A stretch of DNA of 64,000 bases. It comes from a virus. Shown piece by piece: positions 1-9,530 of this stretch; the first letter of the stretch is position 1; every line of letters begins with the position of its first letter. The DNA is taken from positions 41,621 to 105,620 of the IMG/VR virus record IMGVR_UViG_3300034072_000926; one strand, written 5' to 3'. Position numbers and translations under genes: made by a program. Below the pieces are notes generated by a model. It was given only the letters and a program-made list of their open reading frames with translations. It did no database searches and was not told where the DNA came from.

Positions 1-135
1 ATCCACTTCCAATGGGCGAACGCTTCATGACGCGATTTGACAAGAGTCGCTATGAGGATAAGCCCGAGGACAAGAACATCTACTTCTCACCGCAGACGAC
101 TCCGATCTGGAACTACCTGTGCGGCTAAGTTGAAA

Positions 136-648
136 TCACTTAGCTCTAAGGGCACTTCTTTTCTGTCTCGAAGGGGAGTGCCTTTTTTGTGACTTTTTGA
201 TTTGCGAAGCCGCTTGCTTCTTTCGAAGCTGCATTACCTTACAATCAGGCGCATACTTTTCTCGCAGTTCCCATATTGCAGCCTTGATCGCTTTGATTGA
301 AGCAGGGGTCGAAACATAGCATTCAGTATAGCCCGAAAATCTAACTGATGGCGTGTAGCGAAACTGTTTCAATTTCGCGTGAAGTTCTTGTTCCACGTCA
401 AATAGAAGCTTCCTGCTTTCTAGTTTCTGACTGGTCATCAGACTGAAATCGTATCGTTCAACAAACGCATCAGGAAACTTCGTAAATCTCTCCACGATTT
501 TATCCTGACTGGTCATGCCAATCTTTATGAATTTCTCCACGACATAATTGAATGGAATCTCCTTGGACTCTTTCTTATAGGAGGCTTTGGATTTGGTTTT
601 CACTCGATAGACATATAGTCGGTGAGTTCTGATTGGATTATTTGACAT
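136..648 (-). CDS. T5orf172-like (GIY-YIG-related) domain protein
   Basis: ORF track 170 aa; pattern LYVYRV...KIGMTS...RF.....EQELH..L.....P.....GYTECY resembles the T5orf172/MUG113 domain; basic C-terminus. Confidence 0.4.
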   Translation of the reverse strand: MSNNPIRTHRLYVYRVKTKSKASYKKESKEIPFNYVVEKFIKIGMTSQDKIVERFTKFPDAFVERYDFSLMTSQKLESRKLLFDVEQELHAKLKQFRYTPSVRFSGYTECYVSTPASIKAIKAAIWELREKYAPDCKVMQLRKKQAASQIKKSQKRHSPSRQKRSALRAK

Positions 649-1190
649 ATAATAAGACCGGAATGAACGAACTTGTGAGCGAATGTATGACTTGCAGTAG
701 GCATGAAAGCCACACCTTTATCCCCCGCTACAATAGATAGACATTAAAAATCTATATTGTAGTGAGGGAATCAGTGTCTTGCAGTTAGAGGCTGTCAGAG
801 CACACCTTGAAACTGACACCATGTAAGCATGGCACCGGGGTCACGTTGTCGGTCTTAGGTCAGGAATCCTGGAATAGTGGCGGCGTCCTACCAGTCACAT
901 TTCAAGTTGCAATTGGTAGGCAGAAAGGTGGTCGGAGTGGACCAGAGCTTTCATCCTTGGGCTACTTGCGTTGTTTATACTGGCGCCAGACGTAACCTTT
1001 TCAACTCTTTGCAGAGGAGGCCGCCACCCATGGGATGGTTCCTCACCATCCCTGATCTTCCAGTTTGCGCCTAGCCGCTACCATTCCGTCTTCTTCCGGA
1101 CAAGGTTGAGATAACACTAGGTTGTCGTGTGCCTATTTAAAGGCTTGTCATTTTGGATAACGTACCGGACAACCCAGAGTCAATTACTCT

Positions 1191-1943
1191 TTACTTGTTG
1201 TTTGTATAGGGGGCCACTTTCCGAGCAAAGTCGGCGAAGTTTTTCATCTCCTTGACATTGAACGGGAGACGATAGATAGCGAGGGCTGCTCGTATCCCCA
1301 TCACCGCTAGTTCGATATCAAGCGTTCCGAGCCACGTTATGAATCGGTCGCCCTGCTCATAAAAGATGATATTCGGCTTGCCGTATTTCTCGAGCGTTGC
1401 TTTGAGACCCTCGCACACTTCCTTGATAACACGACAGTTCTCTTCAAAGGTGTCCGCAGGACCCCGTGCTTGCCCGCTCAGAACAAGATCACCTGTTAGC
1501 TGTCCGCTGTCGAGATCAAGGTCAAGTTCTTCTATGAGGGCTTCTACATGCTCCTCATAGGTTGTGCCATCGAGGTAGACAGTTGGCCAATGATAAGCCG
1601 TTATGTCCTTTGCAAAATGGACCGTGTATCCAGCTTTACCGCTGAAGATTCGTTCCTCGAGATGTGCGAGACGAACAGTAGTCTTATCATCGGCAAGCAC
1701 TTCAAAGCCGCAATAGCGACGCAAATACTGCCACGCATAGACTTGCATGTCGAGATGCAGGCCGCCGATCCACAGAGCGAGGTTGTTGATACCGTCCTTG
1801 ATGGCTTCGGGATTGCGTTTCCCATCAAGGTCATAGAAAATAATTGAGGCTTGGTGAATCAGTTCCATCTGAAAATCAGGATGGAACGTCTCTTCTGGCC
1901 ATTTGCCATCAAGAATCTGTTGGGCTATCTCTCGATTAGTCAT
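1191..1943 (-). CDS. hypothetical protein (250 aa)
   Basis: long ORF in same-strand gene block; no motif I can place. Confidence 0.45.
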   Translation of the reverse strand: MTNREIAQQILDGKWPEETFHPDFQMELIHQASIIFYDLDGKRNPEAIKDGINNLALWIGGLHLDMQVYAWQYLRRYCGFEVLADDKTTVRLAHLEERIFSGKAGYTVHFAKDITAYHWPTVYLDGTTYEEHVEALIEELDLDLDSGQLTGDLVLSGQARGPADTFEENCRVIKEVCEGLKATLEKYGKPNIIFYEQGDRFITWLGTLDIELAVMGIRAALAIYRLPFNVKEMKNFADFARKVAPYTNNK

Positions 1944-2151
1944 AAGAAACCTCCTGTGCTACCTTTGCTTGTAACACAGGAGGTCTGTTTGTCAACCCAT
2001 TGTAGTGAATTCCATGCCGTGCCTTGTGCCGACATATGGGCGTCGCACATCAGTGCGATGCATATTCAATACAATATCAGTTCCCTTCAGTGCGACCCGA
2101 AGGCTCTTGTCTGATTTTCGGAGAATGTCTGCTTCTATCGTTTTGCCCGTA

Positions 2152-2535
2152 TCAGTCGAGCTTACTGAGCAGGTCTCCGAACATTGCTGTCGTGTCATCT
2201 TCGTTCACCGGTTCCGTATAACCGAGAGTCATACGAAGCATGTCCATGAACACGCTGCGATCCGACTTCTCACCCATCGACCGATCTAACATGCCTTGCA
2301 CCACGTATGCAAGAATTTGGTAATCACTCTTGACCTGATCGCAGCCAAAATTGATTCCATTCGCCGCGAGCATCGTATGCATCTGCTGATGGATGCTGAC
2401 CTGTGGATTGGAAACCTTACGGAAGTCGTTCAGACGAACTACCTTGTCCTCAGTGTTTCCATCGTTTGAGTTAGCAACCTCTCCTTTGTTGTCGTCGCTG
2501 TTCATGATGCGACTTTCCAAACGAATAACATTCAT
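2152..2535 (-). CDS. hypothetical protein (127 aa)
   Basis: ORF track; acidic N-terminus; no recognisable motif. Confidence 0.35.
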   Translation of the reverse strand: MNVIRLESRIMNSDDNKGEVANSNDGNTEDKVVRLNDFRKVSNPQVSIHQQMHTMLAANGINFGCDQVKSDYQILAYVVQGMLDRSMGEKSDRSVFMDMLRMTLGYTEPVNEDDTTAMFGDLLSKLD

Positions 2536-2779
2536 AAGACACGCGGTCCCCCTTCACGCATTTCGACACGGATTTTGCTGGAGCGACCCGGCTTAAACCC
2601 ACAGCGCCAACACCCTCTCAAAAGCGTCTTTGCTGTAAAGGGTAAGCTATGTGTTCACACCTTACACGTCAAGCGGAATATGTAGCAGTAGTGTTGCAAA
2701 ACCGTTGAATTTCTGCAACACAGTCTAATAAACCATTGATAGAACAATGGAATATTTTCAAACAACCGTTAATTATTTT

Positions 2780-2824
2780 GAACAAAAAGGGTTAACAGGG
2801 TCCTTTAGAAACACCTGTTAACCC
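2780..2824 (-). terminator. rho-independent terminator after IF-3 gene
   Basis: perfect 11-bp inverted repeat GGGTTAACAGG(2789-2799)/CCTGTTAACCC(2814-2824); on minus strand followed by TTTTTGTT. Confidence 0.55.
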
Positions 2825-2879
2825 TTGGGGTTGTATGAAACTATAGATTCCTTGCCCGAGCAAGTAAATCTTAGTTAAT

Positions 2880-3410
2880 TTACGTAGTTTTCTTTGCCGC
2901 CGGCGCAACAATCGCAAAGAGCTGTCGCTCACTGCGGGCAACCGGGCGCTCAAACTTGAAATCTGTGAGGAATCCCAAGAAATCATTCATCACGCTGGCA
3001 CCAACATCCAAGTGCGTGATTTCACGGCCCTTGAACTTGATGATGATCTTGACCTTGTCGCCTTCATCCAGGAAACCCTGTGCGCGCTTGGCCTTGACCT
3101 TGAGGTCATTCATGTCTGTGGTAGGGCGAAGCTGAATCTCTTTCAGTTCAACCCTCGACTCCCTGGACTTCTTGGCAGCTTCCTTTGCACGACGACTCTC
3201 GTCATACTTGAACTTGCCATAATCCAGGATTTTGCAGACTGGCATACCGTTAGCCATATTGATAGCTACGAGATCCAGGCCTACCTGACGGGCCCGGTTT
3301 CGAGCGTCGATCAGTGAAACTACACCAATCTGCTCACCAGTGTCAGCAATGAGACGTACTTCTTTTGCGCGGATCTGATCATTCACCGCATACTTAAAAT
3401 TCACAGACAA
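2880..3410 (-). CDS. infC: translation initiation factor IF-3 homolog
   Basis: 176 aa; alignable over full length with bacterial IF3 (IRAKEVRLI..GEQIGVVSL..A...A...GLDLV.I......PVCKILDYGKFKY...R.......KE..KEIQLRP.TD..D..VK......FL.EGDKVKI...F.GRE..H...G..V); both N and C domains present. Confidence 0.88.
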   Translation of the reverse strand: MSVNFKYAVNDQIRAKEVRLIADTGEQIGVVSLIDARNRARQVGLDLVAINMANGMPVCKILDYGKFKYDESRRAKEAAKKSRESRVELKEIQLRPTTDMNDLKVKAKRAQGFLDEGDKVKIIIKFKGREITHLDVGASVMNDFLGFLTDFKFERPVARSERQLFAIVAPAAKKTT

Positions 3411-3432
3411 TCTTTCCCTTTCATGTAATAAG

Positions 3433-3453
3433 TGGACACTACATTGTGTCCAC
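3433..3453. other. intergenic hairpin between clpX and infC
   Basis: GTGGACAC-tacatt-GTGTCCAC perfect 8-bp stem. Confidence 0.3.
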
Positions 3454-3467
3454 TCACTAAGTCAACA

Positions 3468-4718
3468 TCAAGCTACTTTTGGGTTCTCGAAAACCACAAC
3501 AGGCTCTGCTGTTCCTTCAATGACATCCTTCGTTACTCGGATGGTAACTGCGCCTTGATCCTTCAGATCAGGTAGGTCATATTGGACCTGGATGAGACGC
3601 TTCTCAATAACGCTCCTCAGACCACGCGCACCAGTCTTACGGGTAATAGCGTCGACCGCGACAGCCTTGAGTGCTTCGTCGTCAAATTCAAGCGAGATGT
3701 TCTCAAGCTGGAACATCTTAGAGAACTGCTTCACAAGTGCATTCTTTGGTTCAGTGAGAACACGAACCAACTGCTCCTGGTCTAGCTCTTCCAAGCTAGT
3801 GATAACCGGAAGACGACCCACTAGCTCTGGAATCAAACCGAACTTCTGAAGATCTTCTGGCTCTACGCTATTAAGCAATTTGCTTGAGACCTTGCTGTTG
3901 TCTCCCTTAACGGAAGCACCAAAGCCGATGCTACCCTTGCCCTTGTTCATACGCTTGCCGATGATTTCATCCAAGCCCACGAATGCACCGCCAACAATGA
4001 ACAGGATGTTCTTCGTATTCACTACGGCCATCTCTGCATTTGGATGCTTACGGTTACCCTGTAGGGGCACACGAACTTCACTACCCTCGATAATCTTCAG
4101 CAAAGCTTGCTGAACACCCTCGCCTGACACGTCGCGGCTAATGGACGCGCTATCACCCCTACGGGCTTTCTTATCTACTTCGTCGAGGTAGATAATACCA
4201 CGCTCGGCCTTCGCCACATCATTATCGCATACCTGGAGCAAGCGAGAGATGATGGTCTCAACGTCATCACCCACATAACCAGCCTCAGTCAGCGAAGTCG
4301 CGTCAGCAATTGTGAATGGAACGTCGAGCAACTTCGCGATGCTCTTGGCCATGAGGGTCTTACCAGAACCGGTTGGGCCGAGCAGAAGGATGTTGGACTT
4401 TTCAAGCTCAACATCGTCAACCACAGGATTGGCTAGACGCTTGTAGTGATTATGAACCGCAACTGCCATGACCATCTTGGCATCATTTTGACCAATCACA
4501 TACTGGTCAAGAAACTCTCGGATTTGACGAGGGCTAGGAATCTCACCATCTTTGAGAGACATCTTGGTCTCTGCATTAGTGTCTTCCTTGAGGATGTCAG
4601 CACAAAGCTGGACACAGTCATTGCAGATAAAAACATCAGGTCCAGCAATCAGCTTCTGGACATGTTCTTGCTTCTTTCCGCAGAAGCTGCACGTTAGGGA
4701 CTTTTTGTTCTCGCTCAT
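3468..4718 (-). CDS. clpX: ATP-dependent Clp protease ATP-binding subunit ClpX
   Basis: 416 aa; N-terminal C4 zinc finger CSFCGK..CNDC; Walker A LLLGPTGSGKTLMA; full-length ClpX-like (IGF-loop region, sensor motifs). Confidence 0.9.
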   Translation of the reverse strand: MSENKKSLTCSFCGKKQEHVQKLIAGPDVFICNDCVQLCADILKEDTNAETKMSLKDGEIPSPRQIREFLDQYVIGQNDAKMVMAVAVHNHYKRLANPVVDDVELEKSNILLLGPTGSGKTLMAKSIAKLLDVPFTIADATSLTEAGYVGDDVETIISRLLQVCDNDVAKAERGIIYLDEVDKKARRGDSASISRDVSGEGVQQALLKIIEGSEVRVPLQGNRKHPNAEMAVVNTKNILFIVGGAFVGLDEIIGKRMNKGKGSIGFGASVKGDNSKVSSKLLNSVEPEDLQKFGLIPELVGRLPVITSLEELDQEQLVRVLTEPKNALVKQFSKMFQLENISLEFDDEALKAVAVDAITRKTGARGLRSVIEKRLIQVQYDLPDLKDQGAVTIRVTKDVIEGTAEPVVVFENPKVA

Positions 4719-4827
4719 ACCGACCTCGAGTATTCAGGTTTACCTGATATTTAGTTTTGTCGATCAAGGGCACTCGAGGGTAAATCCGGAGGACACCTTA
4801 TTGTATGTCCTCCGGAACTAGATTGCA

Positions 4828-6183
4828 TTATAAACCTGGTCGAACCTGTCGCATACTTTCTACGACCTGCACAATGTCGTTGACAATATCTGGATTCATC
4901 TCCAGTAACTCGATGATTAGATCCTTCGGAGTCCTTGGATCATCCTCAAGAGCCTGTGGTTCAACCTGTTCTGGCTTCCAGGCATTGATAGCGTTCTGCT
5001 GAACAGTTAACTGATCTTCCCACTGTTTTAGTAGCTCGCGCTCATCGTTCAAGCGAGCTTCCATAAGGAGCAATTCCTTATGGGCATTCTCGAGAACATC
5101 CTGGTCGATTGCTAAAATAGCACGGGCTTCGTCGAGTTCACTCTGATCTTTAGCTGATGCTTTCAATTGAGCAATCTCAGCCGTCAATGCTTCAACATCG
5201 AAATCGTCTTTCTCAACTGATTCCTCTTCGAGTTTAAGCTTCGTGTAAATTGGCTTGTAGTCTTCATCCAATTCAAGGAGTTGACCATCTATTGGCTTAA
5301 TAGTCACAGGTGCTTCTTCAACAGACCCGGTATGAGGATAGTTGATCTTATTGAGATCCATTTCATCTTCCTTGATCTGTTCAAGAATCTCCTGAACTGG
5401 AACCAAGGGTTCTGGAATCACAACTGCCTCGACCTTAACAGCTTTGGCCTTATCCTCTTTACGCTTCTGAAGTGAGATGCTACCCATGATGAACATCGCA
5501 ATAGCAAGAGGATCGAACGCAGCCATGATGAGCGAGATAATGATCCTGATTGCCTTCTGAGGATCCATGCCCAGAGCTTCGGCGATGAACTTTGCAACAC
5601 CGAGTTCTCCCTCAACATCACCGGTCTTCATCTTCAGAGGCACGAGCTTCTGAGTGATATCGTTGATTGTTGAGTTGTTAGCGTCAATGGTCTTCTGAAT
5701 CTCAGCAGCTTCTTTTTTCGATTGGTTCGAAGCACGGAGACCCGCACGAGCATTGCCTTCTAGGACTTTATCGGTGATCTTGCTGATCTGTCCCAAACGG
5801 GATTCAAGACGGACGTTCTCGTCTTGCTTCTGTTTCAGTTGGGTCTCGAGTTGAGCAACCTGAATACCAAGGCCAGCTAGTGGCGCCTGTTGTTCAAGAT
5901 GACCCTTACTCAGATAGCCATACACGCCGAGGCTTGTGATGGCCATAAGACATGCAACAAAGAAACAGAGTAGGCCGCGGAAATACCAAGGAGCCGCAGG
6001 GTTTCTCCAGTTGGCGTGAATCCACTTGGCGGTCACAATCTTGCCGACCTCAAGTGATGCGCCCATGATGACCACACCCCAGAAGGTAGCCGCAAAGATG
6101 CTGCCTAGACCTACTAGGGAGAAGTATGCCGCTACAGCAGAGATTGCAGCCGCGACGAAAAAGATGAGAATGATGAATGCCAT
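4828..6183 (-). CDS. membrane protein with long coiled-coil region
   Basis: 451 aa; two N-terminal hydrophobic segments plus a C-terminal TM; central heptad-like Q/E/K-rich region. Confidence 0.5.
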   Translation of the reverse strand: MAFIILIFFVAAAISAVAAYFSLVGLGSIFAATFWGVVIMGASLEVGKIVTAKWIHANWRNPAAPWYFRGLLCFFVACLMAITSLGVYGYLSKGHLEQQAPLAGLGIQVAQLETQLKQKQDENVRLESRLGQISKITDKVLEGNARAGLRASNQSKKEAAEIQKTIDANNSTINDITQKLVPLKMKTGDVEGELGVAKFIAEALGMDPQKAIRIIISLIMAAFDPLAIAMFIMGSISLQKRKEDKAKAVKVEAVVIPEPLVPVQEILEQIKEDEMDLNKINYPHTGSVEEAPVTIKPIDGQLLELDEDYKPIYTKLKLEEESVEKDDFDVEALTAEIAQLKASAKDQSELDEARAILAIDQDVLENAHKELLLMEARLNDERELLKQWEDQLTVQQNAINAWKPEQVEPQALEDDPRTPKDLIIELLEMNPDIVNDIVQVVESMRQVRPGL

Positions 6184-6264
6184 ATGTTGCCTCTAGGGTT
6201 CTAATCGGATATACAGACTGCCAAAGCAGACAGTCTACTTATCTCTAACTAGAACCCCGAGGTT

Positions 6265-6687
6265 TTAGGCGAACAAAGCCTTGAGCTTCTGCCAGAACGA
6301 CAGCTTAGGCTGTGGGGTAAGATCCGTCAGACCATTATAGCGATCCAGGAACTTCCACGAGATGTTCTTAGCACCGAAAGCCTTGAGAGCCTCAAATGCC
6401 ATGTTGGGGTCGAGATCGCTACAGGTGTAGATATCGAACTCGATGAAGGGCTGATCACATTCGTCCCACGTATGAAGAATCATATGAGACGTTGTGATAT
6501 AGACCCCGGCCGTCATGCCACGGTTACCAACTTGTTCGCAATATTCCGCAGAAGCCTCTTTCAAGACTTCCATGTCCATTGCGTGGACGATGTCGGTGAG
6601 CCACTGTTCGACGAAACGTTCGTCCTTCTTCAGCGGCGGATTGTCCACATGAGCGTGGACGATAAGGTGCTTGTGAAGCTTAGCCAT
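6265..6687 (-). CDS. speH: S-adenosylmethionine decarboxylase proenzyme (SpeH/archaeal-type AdoMetDC)
   Basis: 140 aa; GKHLIV.AH motif at N-terminus and TSHMILHTW-E....IEFDIYTC core typical of pyruvoyl AdoMetDC. Confidence 0.65.
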   Translation of the reverse strand: MAKLHKHLIVHAHVDNPPLKKDERFVEQWLTDIVHAMDMEVLKEASAEYCEQVGNRGMTAGVYITTSHMILHTWDECDQPFIEFDIYTCSDLDPNMAFEALKAFGAKNISWKFLDRYNGLTDLTPQPKLSFWQKLKALFA

Positions 6688-6772
6688 ATCAACTCCTAAT
6701 CAAAGATCGCGCTTTGCGAATAGCGTGTCTCAGGAAGATTAGGAGATCCGCTTCTTCCTTCGTTTCACCTGG

Positions 6773-7186
6773 TCAGAAAAACTTTGCCGTAGCGGTGATA
6801 TTTATCGGATTAGGCAATTTAGCCCAACCACCCCGCAGCAGGTCGTTGGAATTGACGGGCTTGAAACCCGCCTCGCGATCCAGCGACCAAGTGCAATGAT
6901 ATGTTTGACCATCCGGACGGACAGTCGATCCATCGACTTCTACGACTAAGCACTCAATACCTGCATCATTGCAGGCATATCCCACTACACGGAAGGTATC
7001 AGCTTCTGGCAGAGGTTGATCGGACTTCGCACCACGCTTGAAGGTAATGTGATGTCCGATAAACTCAGGAAACTTCGGAGGGAACGTCTGAGCCAACTGC
7101 GATCGACTCGACGCGTCCAATGCGAAGGCCATATAACCTCCCTTTGGCTTGCCGATGACCTCACTTGCTTTCAATGTTTCCTCCAA
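6773..7186 (-). CDS. 2H phosphoesterase superfamily protein (LigT/Acb1-like)
   Basis: 137 aa; two H-x-T-x motifs (HHITF and YHCTW) about 50 aa apart, size matches small phage 2H enzymes. Confidence 0.45.
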   Translation of the reverse strand: MEETLKASEVIGKPKGGYMAFALDASSRSQLAQTFPPKFPEFIGHHITFKRGAKSDQPLPEADTFRVVGYACNDAGIECLVVEVDGSTVRPDGQTYHCTWSLDREAGFKPVNSNDLLRGGWAKLPNPINITATAKFF

Positions 7187-7273
7187 AGCTGAGCTGCTCT
7201 TATGTGTATTTTCTCCTGCTCTGTCAATATCGTTTTACCAATCCGATAAATTAACCTGTATCCAATGTGAAAA

Positions 7274-7302
7274 TTGACACTTTGGGTTCCTAAAACATAT
7301 TG
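7274..7302 (+). promoter_or_regulatory. possible sigma70-like promoter upstream of topo II large subunit
   Basis: TTGACA(7274-7279) with 17-nt spacer to CATATT; weak -10. Confidence 0.25.
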
Positions 7303-7326
7303 TCAAACAAAGAACAAGGGTTAACC

Positions 7327-9198
7327 ATGTCCAACAACATTAAGAAACTAACAGATTACCAACACGCTCGCTTGAGGACAGAGATGTATCTGGGTTCGAG
7401 GTCACTCCATACTCAGAACGTCCTGCAATTCGTAGATGGCAAGCCACAGCCTGTTGAGACATCTTGGGTGCCTGCATTATATACAGCATTCCGTGAAGTT
7501 CTCGACAACGCACTCGATGAAGTAGTGGGTCACGGCCACGGCAGTCGCATTGATGTCACATATGATCCTAAGACTCGCGAGGTCAGTGTTCAGGACGATG
7601 GTCGTGGTATCCCTATCGCTTATGATGAATCGCATAAGTGTCACCTCGCAACGCTGGTTATGACTGAAGCTCGTGCTGGTCGTAACTTTGAAGAGCGCGG
7701 CGAAGTCGCGGGAACTAACGGTATCGGTGCATCGGTTGTGAACTTCTGCTCCGAATTTTTCCGTCTTGACATCCATAAGGATGGCGAAAGGTTCCAGCAG
7801 GAATTCACACAGGGTAATGCAGTCTTTGGTGACGAACTACAGGTCGGAAAGCCGAAGATTGTAAAGAAGCAGAATAAGAACGGAACAAAGATCACGTTCA
7901 AGCTGAGCGATGAAGTCTTCCCTGACTTGACTCTCCCTGAGGAGTTCATTCGTTCGCGCGTAACTGAGGTTGCAATCTGCAATCCATTGATCAAGATCTT
8001 CTACAATGGAGAACAGGTCAAGGTCAAGCCGCGACCTGAACAGAGCCTCTTCCCTGGCTTGAAGCCAATGGCCCTAGAAGTGAAGGAAGATACCTTCCGT
8101 AGCCGCTTCTGGATTGTGCCCAATTGGGTCAAGGACGGCGAGCATGTTCATACGATTGTTAACAATATTCCTGCCTTTAACGGCGGTGTTCACATTGATA
8201 TTTTCCGTCGTCTCTTTTATGGCAACCTGATCACGGCTCTAGAGAAGGAAAGCAAGCGTCGCAAGCTGACTCCTAACCGCTCAGATGTTACTGAAGGTGT
8301 TCTGATCTACAACATCACGAACATGAGGGCTCCGAACTTCGATAGTCAGTCCAAGACACGACTGATCAATGAAGAAGTTGGTAAGATCATCAAAAGCCAG
8401 CTAGAAGATCCTGAACTCTACAAGGAGTTCATTAAGAAGAACCGAGAGTGGATTGAGGAAATCTACAAGCGTTGTGCAGAACGCACAATGAAGAAAGACC
8501 TCGGTGATCTCGCGAAGGCTGCAAAGAAGAATCTCCGCACCAAGGTTCCTGGACTGATGGATGCTATTGCGACTGATCGCACATCTTGCATTCTCTTCCT
8601 CGCAGAAGGTGACTCGGCAATTTCGGGTATGAGCTCTGTTCGTAATCCTGAAATCCATGGTGGTCTTGCGCTTTCGGGTAAGGTGCTCAACGTCAATGGC
8701 GAAATGCCTAAGAAGGTCGTCGAGAACAAGGCTCTCGGTGAGATCATGAGCAGCATTGGTTTGGTCGTTGGACAGAAGGCCCATCGCGGTGCTCTGCGCT
8801 ATGGCCAGGTATATGTCGCACATGACATGGATCCCGACGGTCTAAACATCGGTGCGCTTCTGATCAACTTCTTCCACACTTACTGGCCTGAGTTGTTTGC
8901 TGATCCAAAGAACCCGTTTGTTCATATCTTCCGCACCCCGTTCATCATTGCTGAAAAGGGTAAAGCTCGCAAATACTGGTATGCTCATAACTACCAGGAC
9001 TTCAAGCCAGAAGATTACAGCGGTTGGTCGATCACCCGTGCAAAGGGTCTCGGAACTCTCACCCGTGCCGATTGGGAATACTCTCTGAAGAACCCAGAAG
9101 TCTACCCAATTGTGGATGATGGCAAGATGGGTGAGACTTTGGACCTGATCTTCAACGGCAAGCGTTCGGACGATCGCAAGACCTGGATTGGCCTATAA
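7327..9198 (+). CDS. DNA topoisomerase II large subunit (T4 gp39+gp60 fused type, GyrB-like)
   Basis: GHKL ATPase N-terminus (NALDEV, GHGHG, DDGRGIP), TOPRIM (LFLAEGDSA, DMDPDG); probable ATG at 7327 with AAGGG RBS (track starts at TTG 7300). Confidence 0.88.
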   Translation: MSNNIKKLTDYQHARLRTEMYLGSRSLHTQNVLQFVDGKPQPVETSWVPALYTAFREVLDNALDEVVGHGHGSRIDVTYDPKTREVSVQDDGRGIPIAYDESHKCHLATLVMTEARAGRNFEERGEVAGTNGIGASVVNFCSEFFRLDIHKDGERFQQEFTQGNAVFGDELQVGKPKIVKKQNKNGTKITFKLSDEVFPDLTLPEEFIRSRVTEVAICNPLIKIFYNGEQVKVKPRPEQSLFPGLKPMALEVKEDTFRSRFWIVPNWVKDGEHVHTIVNNIPAFNGGVHIDIFRRLFYGNLITALEKESKRRKLTPNRSDVTEGVLIYNITNMRAPNFDSQSKTRLINEEVGKIIKSQLEDPELYKEFIKKNREWIEEIYKRCAERTMKKDLGDLAKAAKKNLRTKVPGLMDAIATDRTSCILFLAEGDSAISGMSSVRNPEIHGGLALSGKVLNVNGEMPKKVVENKALGEIMSSIGLVVGQKAHRGALRYGQVYVAHDMDPDGLNIGALLINFFHTYWPELFADPKNPFVHIFRTPFIIAEKGKARKYWYAHNYQDFKPEDYSGWSITRAKGLGTLTRADWEYSLKNPEVYPIVDDGKMGETLDLIFNGKRSDDRKTWIGL

Positions 9199-9530
9199 TG
9201 ACAGATAACTCTCAGATTAGTCCAGATACTTTCTGGAAAGACGAAGAGGGCATCGAGGAACATTACTGTAATGTCTATGTGGCAATTGACAAGGTCAAGA
9301 GCTCGACCGTTTGGTATGAAGACCTCGACGATAACGTCATCGAATGGCTGAATACAAACGCCGGCAATCGGAGAGCCCACGGTCTTGAATGGTATCAGAA
9401 TCTCGAGTTAGACCGATATGATTGGTCGGTTCGAGGCACTGTCAGGTATAAGGGACAGAGCTGTATCCAGATCTTGATCAAGGATAAGCGAGCTGCAATG
9501 ATGTTCAAGCTGTCATGGGGCGGTTTGTGA
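9198..9530 (+). CDS. FKLxWGG-tail paralog family member
   Basis: 110 aa; C-terminus RAAMMFKLSWGGL; TAATG stop/start overlap with topo II gene. Confidence 0.6.
   Translation: MTDNSQISPDTFWKDEEGIEEHYCNVYVAIDKVKSSTVWYEDLDDNVIEWLNTNAGNRRAHGLEWYQNLELDRYDWSVRGTVRYKGQSCIQILIKDKRAAMMFKLSWGGL

Noticed and set aside
807-1074. Two short overlapping plus-strand ORFs in the 650-1190 non-coding region
   Set aside because: No RBS or start context and odd composition (Gly/Trp/Arg-rich); more likely non-coding, so reported as a possible RNA or regulatory region instead.
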